Source: Marsupella aquatica (Eukaryota; Plantae; Marchantiophyta). From it: a stretch of 64,000 bases of DNA. Position 1 is the first letter of the stretch, and every line of letters begins with the position of its first letter. The position numbers and the translations under genes are program-made. The notes under the pieces were generated by a model. That model made no database searches and had not been told where the DNA came from. It saw nothing but the letters and a program-made list of their open reading frames with translations. Shown here piece by piece: positions 34,401 to 48,474 of this stretch. Where the stretch lies: the NCBI GenBank assembly GCA_973895155.1, contig OZ316891.1:28153145-28217144 (forward strand), written 5' to 3'.

Positions 34401-37400
34401 AAGGTAATGTAAAAAACCATTCAATTACTATGGAAAAAGGAACACCAAGGGAACATGAGAAACCTTTTGACTACTATGGATAAAGGAATACCAAAGGAAT
34501 GTAATTAAGAAACCCTTTGGCTTCTATACTATTTTGCATGGACTATATGGACATAGGAGTACCAAGGGAATGTTGAGCATGCACTTCTTCCATGAATAAT
34601 CTACTCTTTTTTTCCTCTCATCTCCATATTCAAACCTATAATTCCAATATGCAACTCTTCATGTGTTCTAACATCAATCTTACATAACCAAGGGTCCTCG
34701 ATCAAATTTCTTGAACTATTACGTATCTATTACATATCAATTACATGTATGTCCTGCTATTGATCTAGTGCGACAAGGCATATCCAAATGGTGGAGGTTC
34801 ACATTTGGGGTTCAAATTAAGCTGGGTTAGGTCTGAACTAGCTGACCTCAGGAACAATAAGGTGAAGGTTAGAGCTTGAGTTAAGTTCAAGTTTTTCCAG
34901 TTAAGCATATGATATAGAATGTTCTAATCATATGATACAGATAGTGCCAAACATGGTGAAGGCTTTCCAAACAGACAAGATAACAAATATGCCTATTCAT
35001 CTATCCATCCATACACTATAATATGCAAACCCCGCTATTTGCTTCTCATTGTTTTTTTTTGAGATTATGTCACTCCCTGACCCTTCAATTATGGTGACAT
35101 TTTTTCATTGTCATGAGATGGGCCTAAAGGTGTCATTGTGCACCTTTTCTGCGCCAACCCATCACTCTCCCTGCAGCATCCACACTCCTTGACATCCAGC
35201 TGCCAAAATGACTTGCTGACTCCTGCAGTGTACAACTTTGTGCCCATTCCACTCAATCTCAAAAACACTCTTGCCATTACTGTCAACAAAGTTATGCAAC
35301 ACATGTGCATTGGGGTAACATGAGATATGCACATGTGTTGTACAACTTTGTCTCCAGTCACCCCCTGAAATGCCGTCGAATGTCCCAAACATAAGGTACA
35401 ATATGTCCTAAAAGCAGCCCACTTGTCATTTTCTTTCATTAATTTTTTTAATTTGACAATCAACCGAGGGACAAAGTAAAGCAGTTTTTGAGATAGAAAT
35501 GCAGTTTCTATAGCACCAAACTGATATAAGGGGGAAAAGTTTGGTCCTCAGGCATGATACACAGGGGATATACTTATTGGGGACAATTACCCCAACTATA
35601 GTAAAACTGCAATATACTAGGCCCATACTGGATAGCTCTAACACATCCGATTCCTTATAGTGTATCAAATTTACAGGTCAACTGGATATATACTTCATGA
35701 TTTCTAGCCTAATACAATAGTCTGATTACCAATTCCTTGAACCTAAATAAAGATGTATAGAAAGAATACGTTGCAGAAAAAGGATTAAATATAACTTGTT
35801 CATCCTTTTCCCATCCAGGTCTCATCATGTTTCTGTTTTTTTGTCTCCACACTTCCTTTCAGGTATGCAGTGAGTTAGATAAGAGTTAAAATCTTGGGGC
35901 TTCACTCTGGACACTAGGCCATGGGAGTAGCTTTTGATTGAGCTTGTTAGTTTTTGTAAACTACCCTCTGCCCCCAAATGGCCCCTGAACACAATGCCAT
36001 GACAAAGCATTCAATTGGTGGACCATGCGATTCAAATAGTGCACCCAGGTCATTGGATTTGAGTTTTGACTAGTATGTGTTTTCATTTTTTGTAATCGCA
36101 GGGCATTGTATTCAAAAATGGGCTTTGTGTTCAAATATTGGCATTGTCATATGATTGATGAATGTTTTACAGTTTGTGCTCACAAATGAAAGTGTTCTCT
36201 GGAGAATACTGGTTGGGAGTTTTTTCTCTGGCTTAGGGGCCCACACCATGTACAGGTATTAGCACTGGCACTTAAGAGTTATGTGGGGGATGGTGGAGAA
36301 TACATCATTACTGATTTTTCCATTGTTCACATGCCCAAACACAACTTCATTTTGTGACATTGGGACCACGTTTAGCGTCTTAACAATGATGTCCTCATTT
36401 TGAAGGTCTTTTGTGAAGATGTTCAGGCTCACCAATGACATCCTTCACACCTTGCCAGAAATCCACAGATCATGGGCCCTCACATTAAGTAGTCAGAAAC
36501 AATGTTCAGAAAAGGTTGTGTTAATGGGAGCTAATTATGTCTTGGTTTGCTACATAAATTTTGTAATGTTCTCTAGAAAGTGGTAAATTGTGGTGCCATT
36601 GAGTACGTTAATAAGGCCCGGTATTGAAGGCAACCCTCATTTTAGCTCAACTCACCTCCATTGTAGAAGTTGACCCTCATTTGAGTCAGATTTCTCTTTC
36701 AGCTTGACCTCATCTCCTTTGCTTGCAAACCTTCTCTCTCCCCTCAACTTGAGAGTCCCTAAACCCTTAGCGTAGTGCCAAATCCCGCATTGCTTGCACA
36801 ATTATTGCAATTAAAAAATGGGGTGAAAGTGATAAGTATGTAACTATGTAAGTACTATGAGCACAGGCAAAGACTCCATAATGGAATAGCTGGAACTGAA
36901 GACCAAACTAATAACAAGGTCCCAATGGTCCCACAGTGAACAATGCCCAAACAGTGACAGAATCCGGCCCTTGTCTCCTGGGTCCCCTTGGATGAAAATA
37001 ACTTTGGGAATTTTTAGTTCTAGAGGACATAATGACATAAGGACAAGGAGGCAAAAATGTGAGGACCCAATTTGATTCAATCACTATTTGCAAACTTTCA
37101 CACCAGGTGGCCTGCTCTCTATCTGTCAAAAAATGTGCACTCACTTGAAAGACAGCTTGGATGGAACCTTAATGTCCAACGAGGTCGTGCGTTCCTCAGT
37201 TTGTTCTTATAAGGCCAGCTGGAAGCTCGATAGCCTATTGGCAGTTTGGGGCTGGCTCCCAAAGGGCTATCAGAGGTCACAATCCATATGTTCCTTGTGG
37301 AAGGTTTTCTTTAAAGAGTTTGCTGTCCTGGATTTTCCTAGGCTGCCCCCTTTCTAGTCAAATACCACTACTTGCCATAATTTTTGATAATTATAGCACA

Positions 37401-38404
37401 GCCACATTATTTTGCCATGCTTAAGTGACTTAACTCTGGTAATTGTTGAAGCTCCTATAGCCTTGAGATCTCCACATAGGAGAATCTGAAATTGTCCATC
37501 ACCCTTGAAGCAGGGAGCTGGGGACACCTATTTTAATCTACTTCAATAGTAATTTGGATAGAAACCTTGAAGCTTCTAGACCTAAGAAATATTTTTCTTG
37601 CAAGGTTTGTTTGTACTATATATATATACGGTGGCAAGTTGTAATGTTACACAAGAAAGTGACAATCTAGAAAAACCCAGTTTGCCAAATTCCACATCAT
37701 CCACAAACCCTAGCCAAATTTGGAGATAAATTGGCCAGATTTTCCGGGTCCTTTACTATCGAGTCTACCAGCAAGTCGAAGAGCGTACGAGCCTCAATCT
37801 GACGATCTAATTCATCTCCTCCTCCAAACAAGCTAACACTCGCTCGCCACCCTGGCGAAAATTTTAAAATACCAATCGTGGCGAAAGTCTTTTTGGTCGC
37901 TTGTGGGGTCCATTTACTGTTTGAGTGGAAAAAGTGAATTTCCAGGTTTGCATAGTGCACACGGTTTTCCCTGAGGGCCGACCTGGCCGGGTACCCGTAT
38001 TGTCGCGTTCTGTACAGTAGATTGGCAAACCGCGGCTACGGTCCGTGTGACAGATTGTCAGGGAGCTGGGCAGTGGCAGGGCTCAGAGCCTGTCAGTAGA
38101 TTGGTATACGGTACCCCCGTATGGAGTAGGTACGGAAGAGGACTGGAGGTACATTGTACGGTATCGGGTGGTAACGCGTCCACGAGCCATATTTCGCACC
38201 AGTCTCCCTTCCTCGTTGCTGCTCCCACAATACTCTAGAAGGGTTGTCCATATGTCACTCCCATGGGTCCCTTCCCCTCCCTTCCCTTCCTGCTGGTGGC
38301 ATCTAAATTCAGTGTGGCAGCATCCAAAGCATCCGAGATTCTGGGAGATTTTCAGTCCCTTGAGATCTGCAAGTTGGGATAATGACTGTCTGGGATGCTA
38401 TTAG

Positions 38405-38648
38405 TAGCCTGTAACCTTGTGACCAGAAAGCGAGGAAAATCTGACCCGCGGCAGCTAGGAAACTTTGCTGATTGTTGGAGAAGGTTAGCCTGTAACCCTA
38501 TGACCAGAAAACGAGGAAACTCTGACCTGCGGCAGCTAGGAAACTTTGCTGATTGTTGGAGAAGGTTAGCCTGTAACCCTGTGACCAAAAAGCGAGGAAA
38601 CTCTGACCCGCGGCAGCTAGGAAACTTTGTTGATTGTTGGAGAAGGTT
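38405..38648. repeat. 81-bp tandem repeat, 3 copies
   Basis: tagcctgtaacc.tgtgaccagaaagcgaggaaa.tctgacc.gcggcagctaggaaactttgctgattgttggagaagg at 38405, 38486 and 38567. Confidence 0.93.
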
Positions 38649-39519
38649 CAAGCTAGAACCCTTGCCCAGACCTTACTATAGTACATAATCATTGTCTGGA
38701 AAAAGTTACGTCCAAGCATTAGATTATGACAAGCAAGTACCTCCAAAAATGGTTATACTCCGGGAACCTGCATTCCATACAGAAATTACTAGAGGGTGTG
38801 GGGGGCCGGGAACCCTGATATCTGAATGGGCTGGAGGAACCTGGGTCTGCTATGGAACTGGGACACGGCAAAGGGTTCACAGTAGTGGGGGTGGGCATTG
38901 AGGGCAAGAATTGAGGGGCTTATCTGATCTTTGAAACAAAATATGAACTTACCCCCTCCATGTTTGAATGGATCAAAGGGAAAACTGATTTTTATAGGGT
39001 GCATGGGATTTAACAAAGAGACCCTACAGCAGTTACAATCAAGGTTCATAGCATACCAAAATCTAAATAACAATGTAATAAGCAAGAGTCTTCCTAGCCA
39101 TCGGATTATGATGTTATTTGTCCTAACCATAAAGTATACCTAAGGGTGCCATTGTGCAAGCTATCACTCTCTCTCTTTAGTTTGCACACACCCTGAATTC
39201 CAGTTGCTAAGCTGACTCACCAACTCCTCCTAGCGCCTGACTGCTTGATCATCTCAATTTTGCTCAACAAAACTTTGGCTCATGCTCAGCATCACTTTTG
39301 ACAATGTTGTGCAAATACAGGCACTGGGTTAGTTACTTAGGATTTGCAAATAACCTGCCTAGAGGGATGACGATTATTGCCCTTTAAGGGCCACAATCTG
39401 TTGCTCCAATCCACATTGTTTCCAAATGGTTCATATAGTTCCATTGTGGGAGGGGACAACGGCCATAGAGCACATGGAGTTGGTTACCTCCGGTCCCTCC
39501 CCATTCCACAGCCAGCAAT

Positions 39520-39768
39520 GTGCGCACCACCAGTGCAGCTCGTATTCATTTACGACAATGATCAATTTATAAGATCTACGGTGGTATTCGCGCCCCAAAA
39601 CAAAAGGCCCCTCACTGACCTTTAGATCGATCCTAGCGATGCCCCGCTTGCAAGGTGCGCACCACAGGTGCAGCATGTTCTATTTACGAGTATGATCAAT
39701 TTAATAGGATCTACGGTGGTGTTCGCACCCGAAACGAGAGGCCCCTCACTGACCTTCAGATCGACCCG
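39520..39768. repeat. Diverged ~135-bp tandem duplication
   Basis: gtgcgcaccac...gatctacggtggt...ggcccctcactgacctt.agatcga at 39520 and 39655. Confidence 0.85.
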
Positions 39769-41616
39769 ACTGTAAATGGGGGTAGTAAGCTGGGCCCGGC
39801 GCATTACTCCCCCCGTCGTCACCCTCCAAGCCTGCAAGCCTGCTGCGGGGGTGCTCATCACTCCGATTGGCACGCTGACTGACATGACATGACATGACAT
39901 CAGTGGCAACGACGTCGCGGGTAAGTCCATCATTCTAAGGTGAAATCGTCCCTGTACCTCCAGACACCTGGCAGCGGATGACGCGGATCTCAGTTAAGTT
40001 AACTGCCTGCCGGCCAACTGGGTTAGTTAGCTACTTAGCTGGCTGGCTGGCTAGCTAGCTGGCTCGGGGGGTTGGCTGCCGGGCTGGCTGCCATAGTTAC
40101 GCCGTCGTCGTCGCTGCTGAGGTGCGGCGGCCTTTCCGGGCACAATCCTCCACGTCCAATAAACAAAACCGATTCTCAGAAAATGCGAGTTAGAGCGGTA
40201 AAAGCGTTCGTCAAAGGGCGAAATCGGTGCACGGGCTTCGTTGCGTGAATGCGTGATTGCTCGCACCGTCGGGGAGACAGCAAGCCGCAGAGTGCGCCAT
40301 TAATGGCTGCCTTTCGGAAAGTACTCGAGAGACACTCACATTTTGTCAATTTGTGTGCCGGTCTGAGAGTCTGGCCACCGATGCCGGGAATATCGCATTA
40401 ATGGGTGGGAACGTTACCGGTATGAGAGGGCTTGACGGGCCAGCCAGACTGTGGGGACTGGTCTTGCGAAGCGCTTTTGACAGTAGTACAGTGCAGGACT
40501 GAATCACGCGTCGTCAAACAAACATCGCGCAAAGGCGAAGCAAAGAAATGGAGCCCAACTCAGTTTGAACAGCAGCTACAGTGGTGGGATTATTTGTATT
40601 ACACTATTGCGGCAGCTGCAGTTGAGGTTTTTCGTGAATGTGGTTGTTCCATGCTTTAGCTACCACGACACTAGTCGGCGAGTCCTACTACTACTACTGC
40701 TGCTGCCCAGCTGCCTGCCTCCCTTGCCGGGACTGTTGTAGAGGAACGAGAGTCGTCATGAAAAGTACCATGGTAGCAGAGCAACGAAATGTAGAGATTG
40801 AGTAGTAGATGAGTGGCGACGGGCATGAACATTCCTCCAGTCGAATGACGAGGAGTGGAGGACCACAGTAGAGGGAGGGGTGGAGTCCGTCTACTTTTGT
40901 ATTGTGGTTTTGTTTTTAGTTTTGGAGGAGTGGAGGAGGGATGGAAGGGAGTAGGGAGCCAAATGCGGGGAAAATGGTGGTGGTGTGGTGACGTTGTCGT
41001 CCCGTGGAGGAGGAGGTGACTCTACAGTAGGAGCTGGCTCAGCTCTCATCAGCTGAGCGGAGCAGGAAGTTGGGAAAGGCTGGCATTGTGTTCGGATCGT
41101 CGTCCATTGACGACTCTCACCTCGGGGTCCAGTTCAGTCCTCGGCGGGAACCATGCAGCAACTTGTGGCGCTCGTGTAACGCATTGGGTCGCAGACTCAC
41201 AGACCTCCCTAATGCTTGCGGAGGACTCGTGATCAGATCGGATCAATCAACCTACCAGACCAGACAGGACGAGAGGCGAGGACGAGAAAATAGCACATTG
41301 GGTACGTAGCAGATCGACTCTTCTTCTGCAAGACTCGGAGTGAAGTGTAGGAAGGAGAACGACCGGGTTGCTGCAGGTGGTTGGGAAGAAGGTTCAGCAG
41401 CCGAGCTTCCGATCTTGGTTAGGTGTTCACTGAAGTGGTCCAGATGCACTGCTAGCAGCTTCGCTTTGATGAGGAAGCTGTGAGGTAGTGTTGGAGTGGT
41501 CCGGAACGGGAGGTGCCTCAGCTGCGGGCGACATTGGAGGAGGAAGACAGTAGTAGCTACTTGTCTAGGGGCTGCTGGGGGGAGCTGACGGACGGGTCCG
41601 AGGAAAGGGATCCCCG

Positions 41617-44167
41617 ATGAGGGGCCGAGAAGTGGGGCGTTTCAGCTCTAGTTGCCTCGTACTGTCACTTCTCTGCTCGTTTTGGGTCTTGCAGTCCGAT
41701 GCCACACACTGGAGCAAATGGGGCCGATCGGGCAAAGACAAAGGTCTCCACTTACCTCTATCTTCGCTCTCCCATGTCCTCGACTGTTGTCTTGTGTTGA
41801 CCCGACTGCATGTTCTGTTCTGTCCTGTCCTTAGTCAGCTGTAGCATTCTGCCTCTCCCCGTTCTCGTCCTCAGCTGGATTCCTAGTAGGAGGTCATACC
41901 TCCATTCCTGAGTATTGGGCAGACCCAAACTGACAGCATGGACTAAGGCGGGAGGAAAGTTGAAGAGAAACTGCTTCCGAACTCAGCCAGTCGCAATAGA
42001 AAGTGATCTCCACGTTCAGCCCTTCACAGCTTCATTGAATCTGCTTTCACTCGTACGAGCTCGAGTATGTCTTTTGCGGTTTTGTGATTCTGGATCATGT
42101 GGGGCCATGGCTTGTCAAAGTAGCTACCTTTGTAGTCTAGCAGTTTGCCTGGTTCATGTCTCAAAAAGTTCCCCTAAGAGTTTCTTCTCCACATTCTGCC
42201 GTTATATTGACCCGGTCAGGGTAAGGAAAAACCAAGAAAATCCAGTTTTGCACTTCTGCATATTCGCCTCCTCCGCCATGCGGTCTTGCCTTCCTTCGTC
42301 AAAACCCGTTTATGCACATTCACCCTGAGATCAAGCTGACATCACTTGCATAACTGATCAGAAGTTGGGAGGAGCCTCTCCCTTCTTGCATTATACCTGT
42401 GGATTCTCGCTATTGCTCGCTGCTGCATGTTCGTTCTGGGGAGCGTTTGGCTAGTGCATGTCCGTGTAGACAACGGCTCGCTTTTTCACGTGTAAGCATG
42501 AGTTCTGTACTTTCGTTTTCATAAAGTTTTGGTCGTTGAAACGGGACTCAGTGCCATTTGCTGCTTGGTGGTGTGTCTCATCAGATTCGAACGACAAGCC
42601 TGAGGACGAAGTGAAGAACAGGCACGATGGATGGGACTGGAGTAAGAAACCCAGCGGCGATCCATTGATCAATGCGTACGAAGCACTGCAAGCATGGAAG
42701 GCAGCTATCACGAGCGACCCTAATGGAATCACAGCAAACTGGGTTGGATTTGACGTGTGCAGCTACCGAGGGGTATTCTGCGACACGCCTAGTGGCTCTT
42801 GGGAGAAGGTAGTTGCGGGCATTGATCTGAACAGCGGGGGATTGTCTGGAACTCTACCCGAGAAGCTTGGACTACTTACCGATCTTGGTTTGTTTCACAT
42901 CAACTCAAATTTCTTCGCGGGAACTATTCCCGATTCTTTCAGCAACTTTGACAAGCTGTTCGAGCTGGATGTTAGTAACAACCTCTTGTCCGGCTACTTC
43001 CCGTCTGTGGTCCTATCTCTGCCAAGCCTGATCTTCCTGGACATCCGTTTCAACAAGTACTATGGTCCACTTCCAGCCGGAATCTTCGACAGCAGTCTGG
43101 ACGCCTTGTTCGTCAACGACAACAACTTCGACTGCCCCATCCCCGACAACTTGGGAAACTCTCCCGTCTCCGTCGTGGTGCTGGCAAATAACAATTTTGT
43201 TGGGGAGATTCCCAAGAGCATTGGGAATATGTCCAACACTTTGAACGAATTCGTTATCCTGAACAACGGCTTTACAGGTGACCTGCCTTACGAGATTGGC
43301 TTGTTGAAGTCAGTGGACCTTTTCGATGTGAGCTCGAATAATTTGACTGGCACATTGCCGAGTAGTGTGTCGGGCTTGGTGAGTTTGATGGTCTTCAACG
43401 TTGGAGAGAACGAATTTTATGGAGACATCACTGCTGGCATTTGTGGCCTGCCAAATGTGCAGAATCTCACATTCGCAAATAATTATTTCCAGGGGGAAGA
43501 TCAGGTTTGTTTACAGATTAGTGGGCCCCCACGCAATGTCATTGTGGACATTTCCGGGAATTGCATTCCTAACGTTCCTACTCAAAAGCCGGGACCCGTT
43601 TGTGCTGCATTTTTCGGTCAATCATTGACAACCCCGTCTCCGGCCACCCCGTCCAGCCCTCCCCCTCCATCACCCTCAGGAGGATTTTCTTCACCCCCCC
43701 CTCCGCCACCAGTATCACCTCCGCCTCCCCCTCCGTATACAACCCCCTCACCTCCAACTCCTTCTCCTCCTCCTCCCCCCCCTCCGACATATTTCTCATC
43801 CCCTCCCCCGCCACCTTCTTCTCCCCCTCCTCCGGCATATGTCGCGTCCCCTCCTCCACCTTCTCCTCCTCCTCCCCCTCCTCCGTCGTACTCGACACCC
43901 TCTCCTCCTCCCCCTTCGCCACCGCCTCCTCCACCTCCTCCACCGTCACCACCTCCGCCGTATGTAGCTTCATATCCGCCTCCCTCATCAACAGCACCTC
44001 CTCCATCTGCTCCACCACCAGAAAGTGGTGCACCACCTCCATACCATTACATCCCTCCGTGGGCGAGCGTCACTCCTCCACCTTCCGATGAACCTAGCCC
44101 TCCGAGCACTCCATTTTCTCACAGTGGTGATTTCAGCAATGACCCTCCACCACCATCGAACTGCTGA
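41617..44167 (+). CDS. LRX: Leucine-rich repeat extensin (LRX/PEX family), about 569 aa
   Basis: Exon 1 41617-41743 encodes a signal peptide (CLVLSLLCSFWVLQSDA). A phase-1 intron leads to exon 2, 42585-44167. LRX motifs AY.ALQAWK.AI.SDP, NWVG.DVCSY.GVFC, VAGIDLN, LFHINSN.F.G, followed by LRRs, a Cys hinge and a Ser-Pro3-6/Tyr extensin tail. Confidence 0.94.
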
Positions 44168-44514
44168 GCTTGTGTCTTTCTTCTGAAAGGGAAGGCATTC
44201 CGTTGAAATACGTGTTTTGGCGGTTTACTTTCCAGTGAGCTCGGAGGATTATGATGATGCCCGCTGTACTACACAGGAAGGTCGGGAGTATACTACCGAG
44301 GACTGGATAAGGATTCTTCATCAACTTGTCTTACAGTAATCAAGAACTATATATGTACCCTGCTTGTGTAAAGAAATGGTTTGTTCTCGATTGCTGCAGC
44401 ATTTCTCCTTACGATGGGAGCGGAACTTGGCGCTCGGCTGTACACCCACACAGATGGTGTTTAGTTTCTCGTCTGAGTCCGAGACATTCAATGCAGGTTT
44501 CTTATGTAGAACAC

Positions 44515-44588
44515 AGGGAAGAGAGGGAGAGTTAGAGAGGGAGAGAGAGAAAGAGAGAGAGAGAGGGAGAGAGAGAGAGAGAGAGAAA
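44515..44588. repeat. (GA)n microsatellite
   Basis: Imperfect gagaga run of about 70 bp downstream of LRX. Confidence 0.9.
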
Positions 44589-46221
44589 GTGAGCTGAAAA
44601 GGTAGGGAATTAGAGATGGTTAATCTACTACGGGGATGACATTTCATTAATCAGCTACACCCTCACGGTGCTGAATTTTGATTTCGCCTTGTTGCGGTGT
44701 CACCATTTTATCGTAGAGTTTAGCACTGTTAGCATTTTATTCATTGTCTTTAGCAGGTTCAGCCATAATGCATTGTCGACACCGTTCTTGTGTCCCAAAT
44801 CAATGCTCATCTCTTGCCGAAGAGTTGCCAACTTGCTCCTCTTTATTCTCCGTTCGCGTTAATTGCTTGAAAATATCTTCGACTCGTATTTGTTCCCACT
44901 GTCACTGTCCCACCAAAATGGTTTCATCCAATATTGATCATGGTGAGCTGTATGAATTTCATTTTGATTGGTTCGATTATGATTGTGTGAGTGTTTGCTG
45001 TCTGTGATCTGTTCACTTGGGTAGGACAGAGCCTGCTCTTTCGTCTTTGTTGGAAGTATATTTCTTATCTAGAATAGCAGCTTTGTGATAATACCTGGCT
45101 TCTTATTCAAGGTACTTTACAGTCGGTAAGTAGATTGGGAGTGATTGCATGGATGTCTCTGAAGTGAATATACCCGCGTGGAGTGCATCGTTAGCCGTGT
45201 GTAACTCAACTACAAGAGAATGGGCAAACAATGTGAGTACTAGCTGTTCCTCATGGTTTTTCCTCTTGCCACAGTTGCGAACAGTGGGGTTCCGTTTTGT
45301 TTCGAGATTGGATGGAGATAAAGTCCCAGGGAAAGTCAATTGGTTGTCATACATCATTCTCCGTCATGAGCTCTTCTCCGTTCTCGAGGACAAAGTGTTA
45401 TCGTCACAGCTTGCTTATATTTAGCTGCTTCCGGAGTTCTTTCTCTGGAATGAGCATCCATCATAAATGCGGTGTCGATGGAGGCGAATCACGTGACGCT
45501 CTCCTTTCTTGTCTTGCTTCTGAGGGACTGTTCACCCCAAACCTGGTGAATTGGTGACTCTTGATGCTCTTGAAAAATTGTCTCGTTCGAAGATAAAACA
45601 ACCATGCAAATTATCGTGACAATCCCTCGACTCTGTGATCGGTGGGGAACGAAATTCTAGGGGCCGGACGCGACGGCGTCGGTGATGTCCGCTGAATAGC
45701 CGGCTTTCCTGAATCTTGTAGATAAGGGACGTCGAGAGAGGGTCTAAAATGACACTACAACGATAATAATCTGCTCCCGAGAACTACAGGAACAGTAAAG
45801 TCAGTCTCTACGAAACATGGCAAACATGTCTGCTTTGGTGGTTGGTGGAAAGGATGTGATCTCGGTAGTTATTAAGCCGGAGCTTTCCTGTCAAGCTTCA
45901 TTTATGACCTTCATCAGGACCGAATGCGGCCATGGTTTCCGCATTGACTCACATTCAAGTACCTCAGTGGCTTCCAGCAGGCACTCCAGCGATTTACTGC
46001 GAGTTCGCACCTTCACATCTTGGTTTCAGGAGCAGCCATAACCACAGCTGCTCCGACATTAAATGATAGTGCAGCCCACATTTTGCAGCTGCCACGCAGA
46101 TTGGCCTGGCGACCGAAGCCTTTTCCTGACCGGTGAGCATGTGATTTTTCTTTTGCATCGTAACCTGATCAAAGTAAGGAAATCATGTGATTGGTCAAGC
46201 AATGGTTTAGAGGTGAGCATG

Positions 46222-48474
46222 GAGGGATATGCGTGGTATACCCCTACCAATAAAATTTGCCCTGATCAACCCCCTCTTAATGAGCTTTACACTCAGTTGT
46301 CTATAAGGGCCAACTCACATCTATAGGACCTTCAGAAAGCGGCCTTGAAACTACTACATGCTATTGTTAAAGTTGATGATGAAAACTACTACATGCTATT
46401 GTTAAAGTTGATGATGATAGTGCCATGCCGTATCCCACTCGTTAGGCAGGCCTGATGGCAGGTCTTATGGGCACCCAAGGGCAACAATAGGAAACGTTCT
46501 GGCCCTTGCAGGTCCCTCCTACCTTTGTTTGGCTAATAAACCAAATTGAAGGTTCACAATTTTGCCCAGCCTTGTATAATATGCTGCACATATGACACAG
46601 CATTGACACAAGCCCCTTCGCAAACACACCATGTATAAGCCACAAGGATTGAGTTGATGATGCTTTTTCTGAAACTGACGCAAGTGGTAAGGGCTGCATT
46701 CTGAAGGATCTCGACATGTGAGTTGGCCCTAAGGCAAAAGTGCACAGGTCCCTACCATGCCTTATCTTGTCACCACAACAGTTGCCTCCTGTGCTTGACC
46801 ATGTCTTCGTGTAGACAGTCGGCTGCGGTTTCCTGCTGTTGCACTAACTCTGTTTCCTGGTTAAGATTTGAAGACATTATAGATTATGTCTTCCAATTAG
46901 AATTTTGATAAGTCTGGATGCCAGTGTCACTTTTTCTTGTGGGTTCTAGGCAGGAGCGTCGTTCTCTCATGGGTTTAGGCAAGCACAATTATTTAGTCGG
47001 TTTGGGCAAAGGCGGTGACAATTTTAGGTGGGCACAAAATCAGTGGGGTTAAGCTTGAAGCAAACCTTTACCGCAAGTATAAACTAGCAAAGCCATGTGG
47101 GAAGGACTCTTTTCTGATAATTTTAATGTTATGTTTAGGGTGAGCCTTGTGTCCCTTATGCCTTTTGAGATGTGTCATAATTGTCCCAAAAATGCAAAAA
47201 TGTGAATTATTAACAATAACCATGCTACCCTTGGCCACAATAACGAAGGGAGTGAGGGGTTTAGAGTTTTATAGTTGGAATCAAATGAATTAAGTATATT
47301 TAAATTCGTAGACAATGTTTATTGCCACAAGCATGTCATTACCTTTGAAAATTTATGTTCATGATTCCATATTGCTTAATATGAATGCAACCGAGAACCA
47401 GCGCAAACAAATTCCAATGAAAGGAAAAACACCAAAGAGTAAATAAGATATGAACACATAAAAAACCTTGTTTCAGATTATATGAAGGTGTAAGGTACTA
47501 GTGTCTCCATGTAAAGTAATGACTATATCTGCTTTTTGCATTTTGTCACAACCCCAAAGACCACCCATACCCAACTCTTGCATCACAAAACCAGTCGGTC
47601 AAATGTTCATGGGGAACATTCTCTATCATTAAATGTAAATTGCATGAATAAAAAACCTTCACTTTGGAGGTAGTTGTATGGTTTGGAAAGACCCTAATCT
47701 CCACTTCATTAATCAATTTAAGGGCCCACTAATTGACAGGTAGTATCAGTAAATTGCAAAGCAAAACACAAGAATTTATGGGTTTAGGGTTAAAAATACC
47801 CTAAAGACTGCTGGAATTTTTAACATGGTTTTCATTGCCTTTTTTGGCAAGAGTATCTTTGCTCACCCAGCCGTGCAGGTGGGGGTGAATGGCCAAGACT
47901 GGTGGTTTTCAAAGGCATTGTGGAGACTGTCTGCAAATATCACTTAGTATTTTTTCAGCAAGTGTATTTTTTGCTAACCCATCCTGTTGGGGGCAGGGGC
48001 AAATGGTCAACACTGGTGGTTTTTGAAAACATTGTGAACATTACATTCACATGGCACTTAGTATTGTTTCAGCAAGAGTAGTTTTTGCAAAAAGGGGCCA
48101 CAAAAAGATCTATAATTGGGAGAAAATTGCCAAAACAAGGAATGGTGTCATGAAATAGAAGACAATCTTGTAGTTTGGGGGGTATGGAAATGAGCGGCCC
48201 TTCCCAAGAATGACAGCAATGACCAGCCACATTCACTGCCTGTAGTTTGACCTTTGTGCAGTCACATCCAAATTGGGCAAAGCTCAAATCAAGGGCCTGT
48301 AGTCACTATTGACCAAGCCTGCGTGGTCCTAGTATGCCTGAATCTCAATTTAGGAGAACACCTCCAAGAACATCCCGTAGGGCTCATTAAGAGGGGGTTG
48401 ATCAGGGAAAAAAAGTAGCGAGGGGCTGATCAAGCAAAGTTTTGCTGTTTGGGGGTCCACCAAGCATATCCCTT
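46222..48474. mobile_element. Mutator-like (MULE) non-autonomous element, 2.25 kb, with a 10-bp TSD
   Basis: TSD GGTGAGCATG at 46212-46221 and 48475-48484. Ends GAGGGATATGC / GCATATCCCTT. Inner TIR ccctgatcaaccccctcttaatgagc (about 46260) is inverted at about 48381-48407. Confidence 0.8.

Noticed and set aside
38352-38688. Repeat-protein ORFs on both strands (27-aa units)
   Set aside because: A consequence of an 81-bp unit lacking stops. No splice or promoter context, and no known motif.
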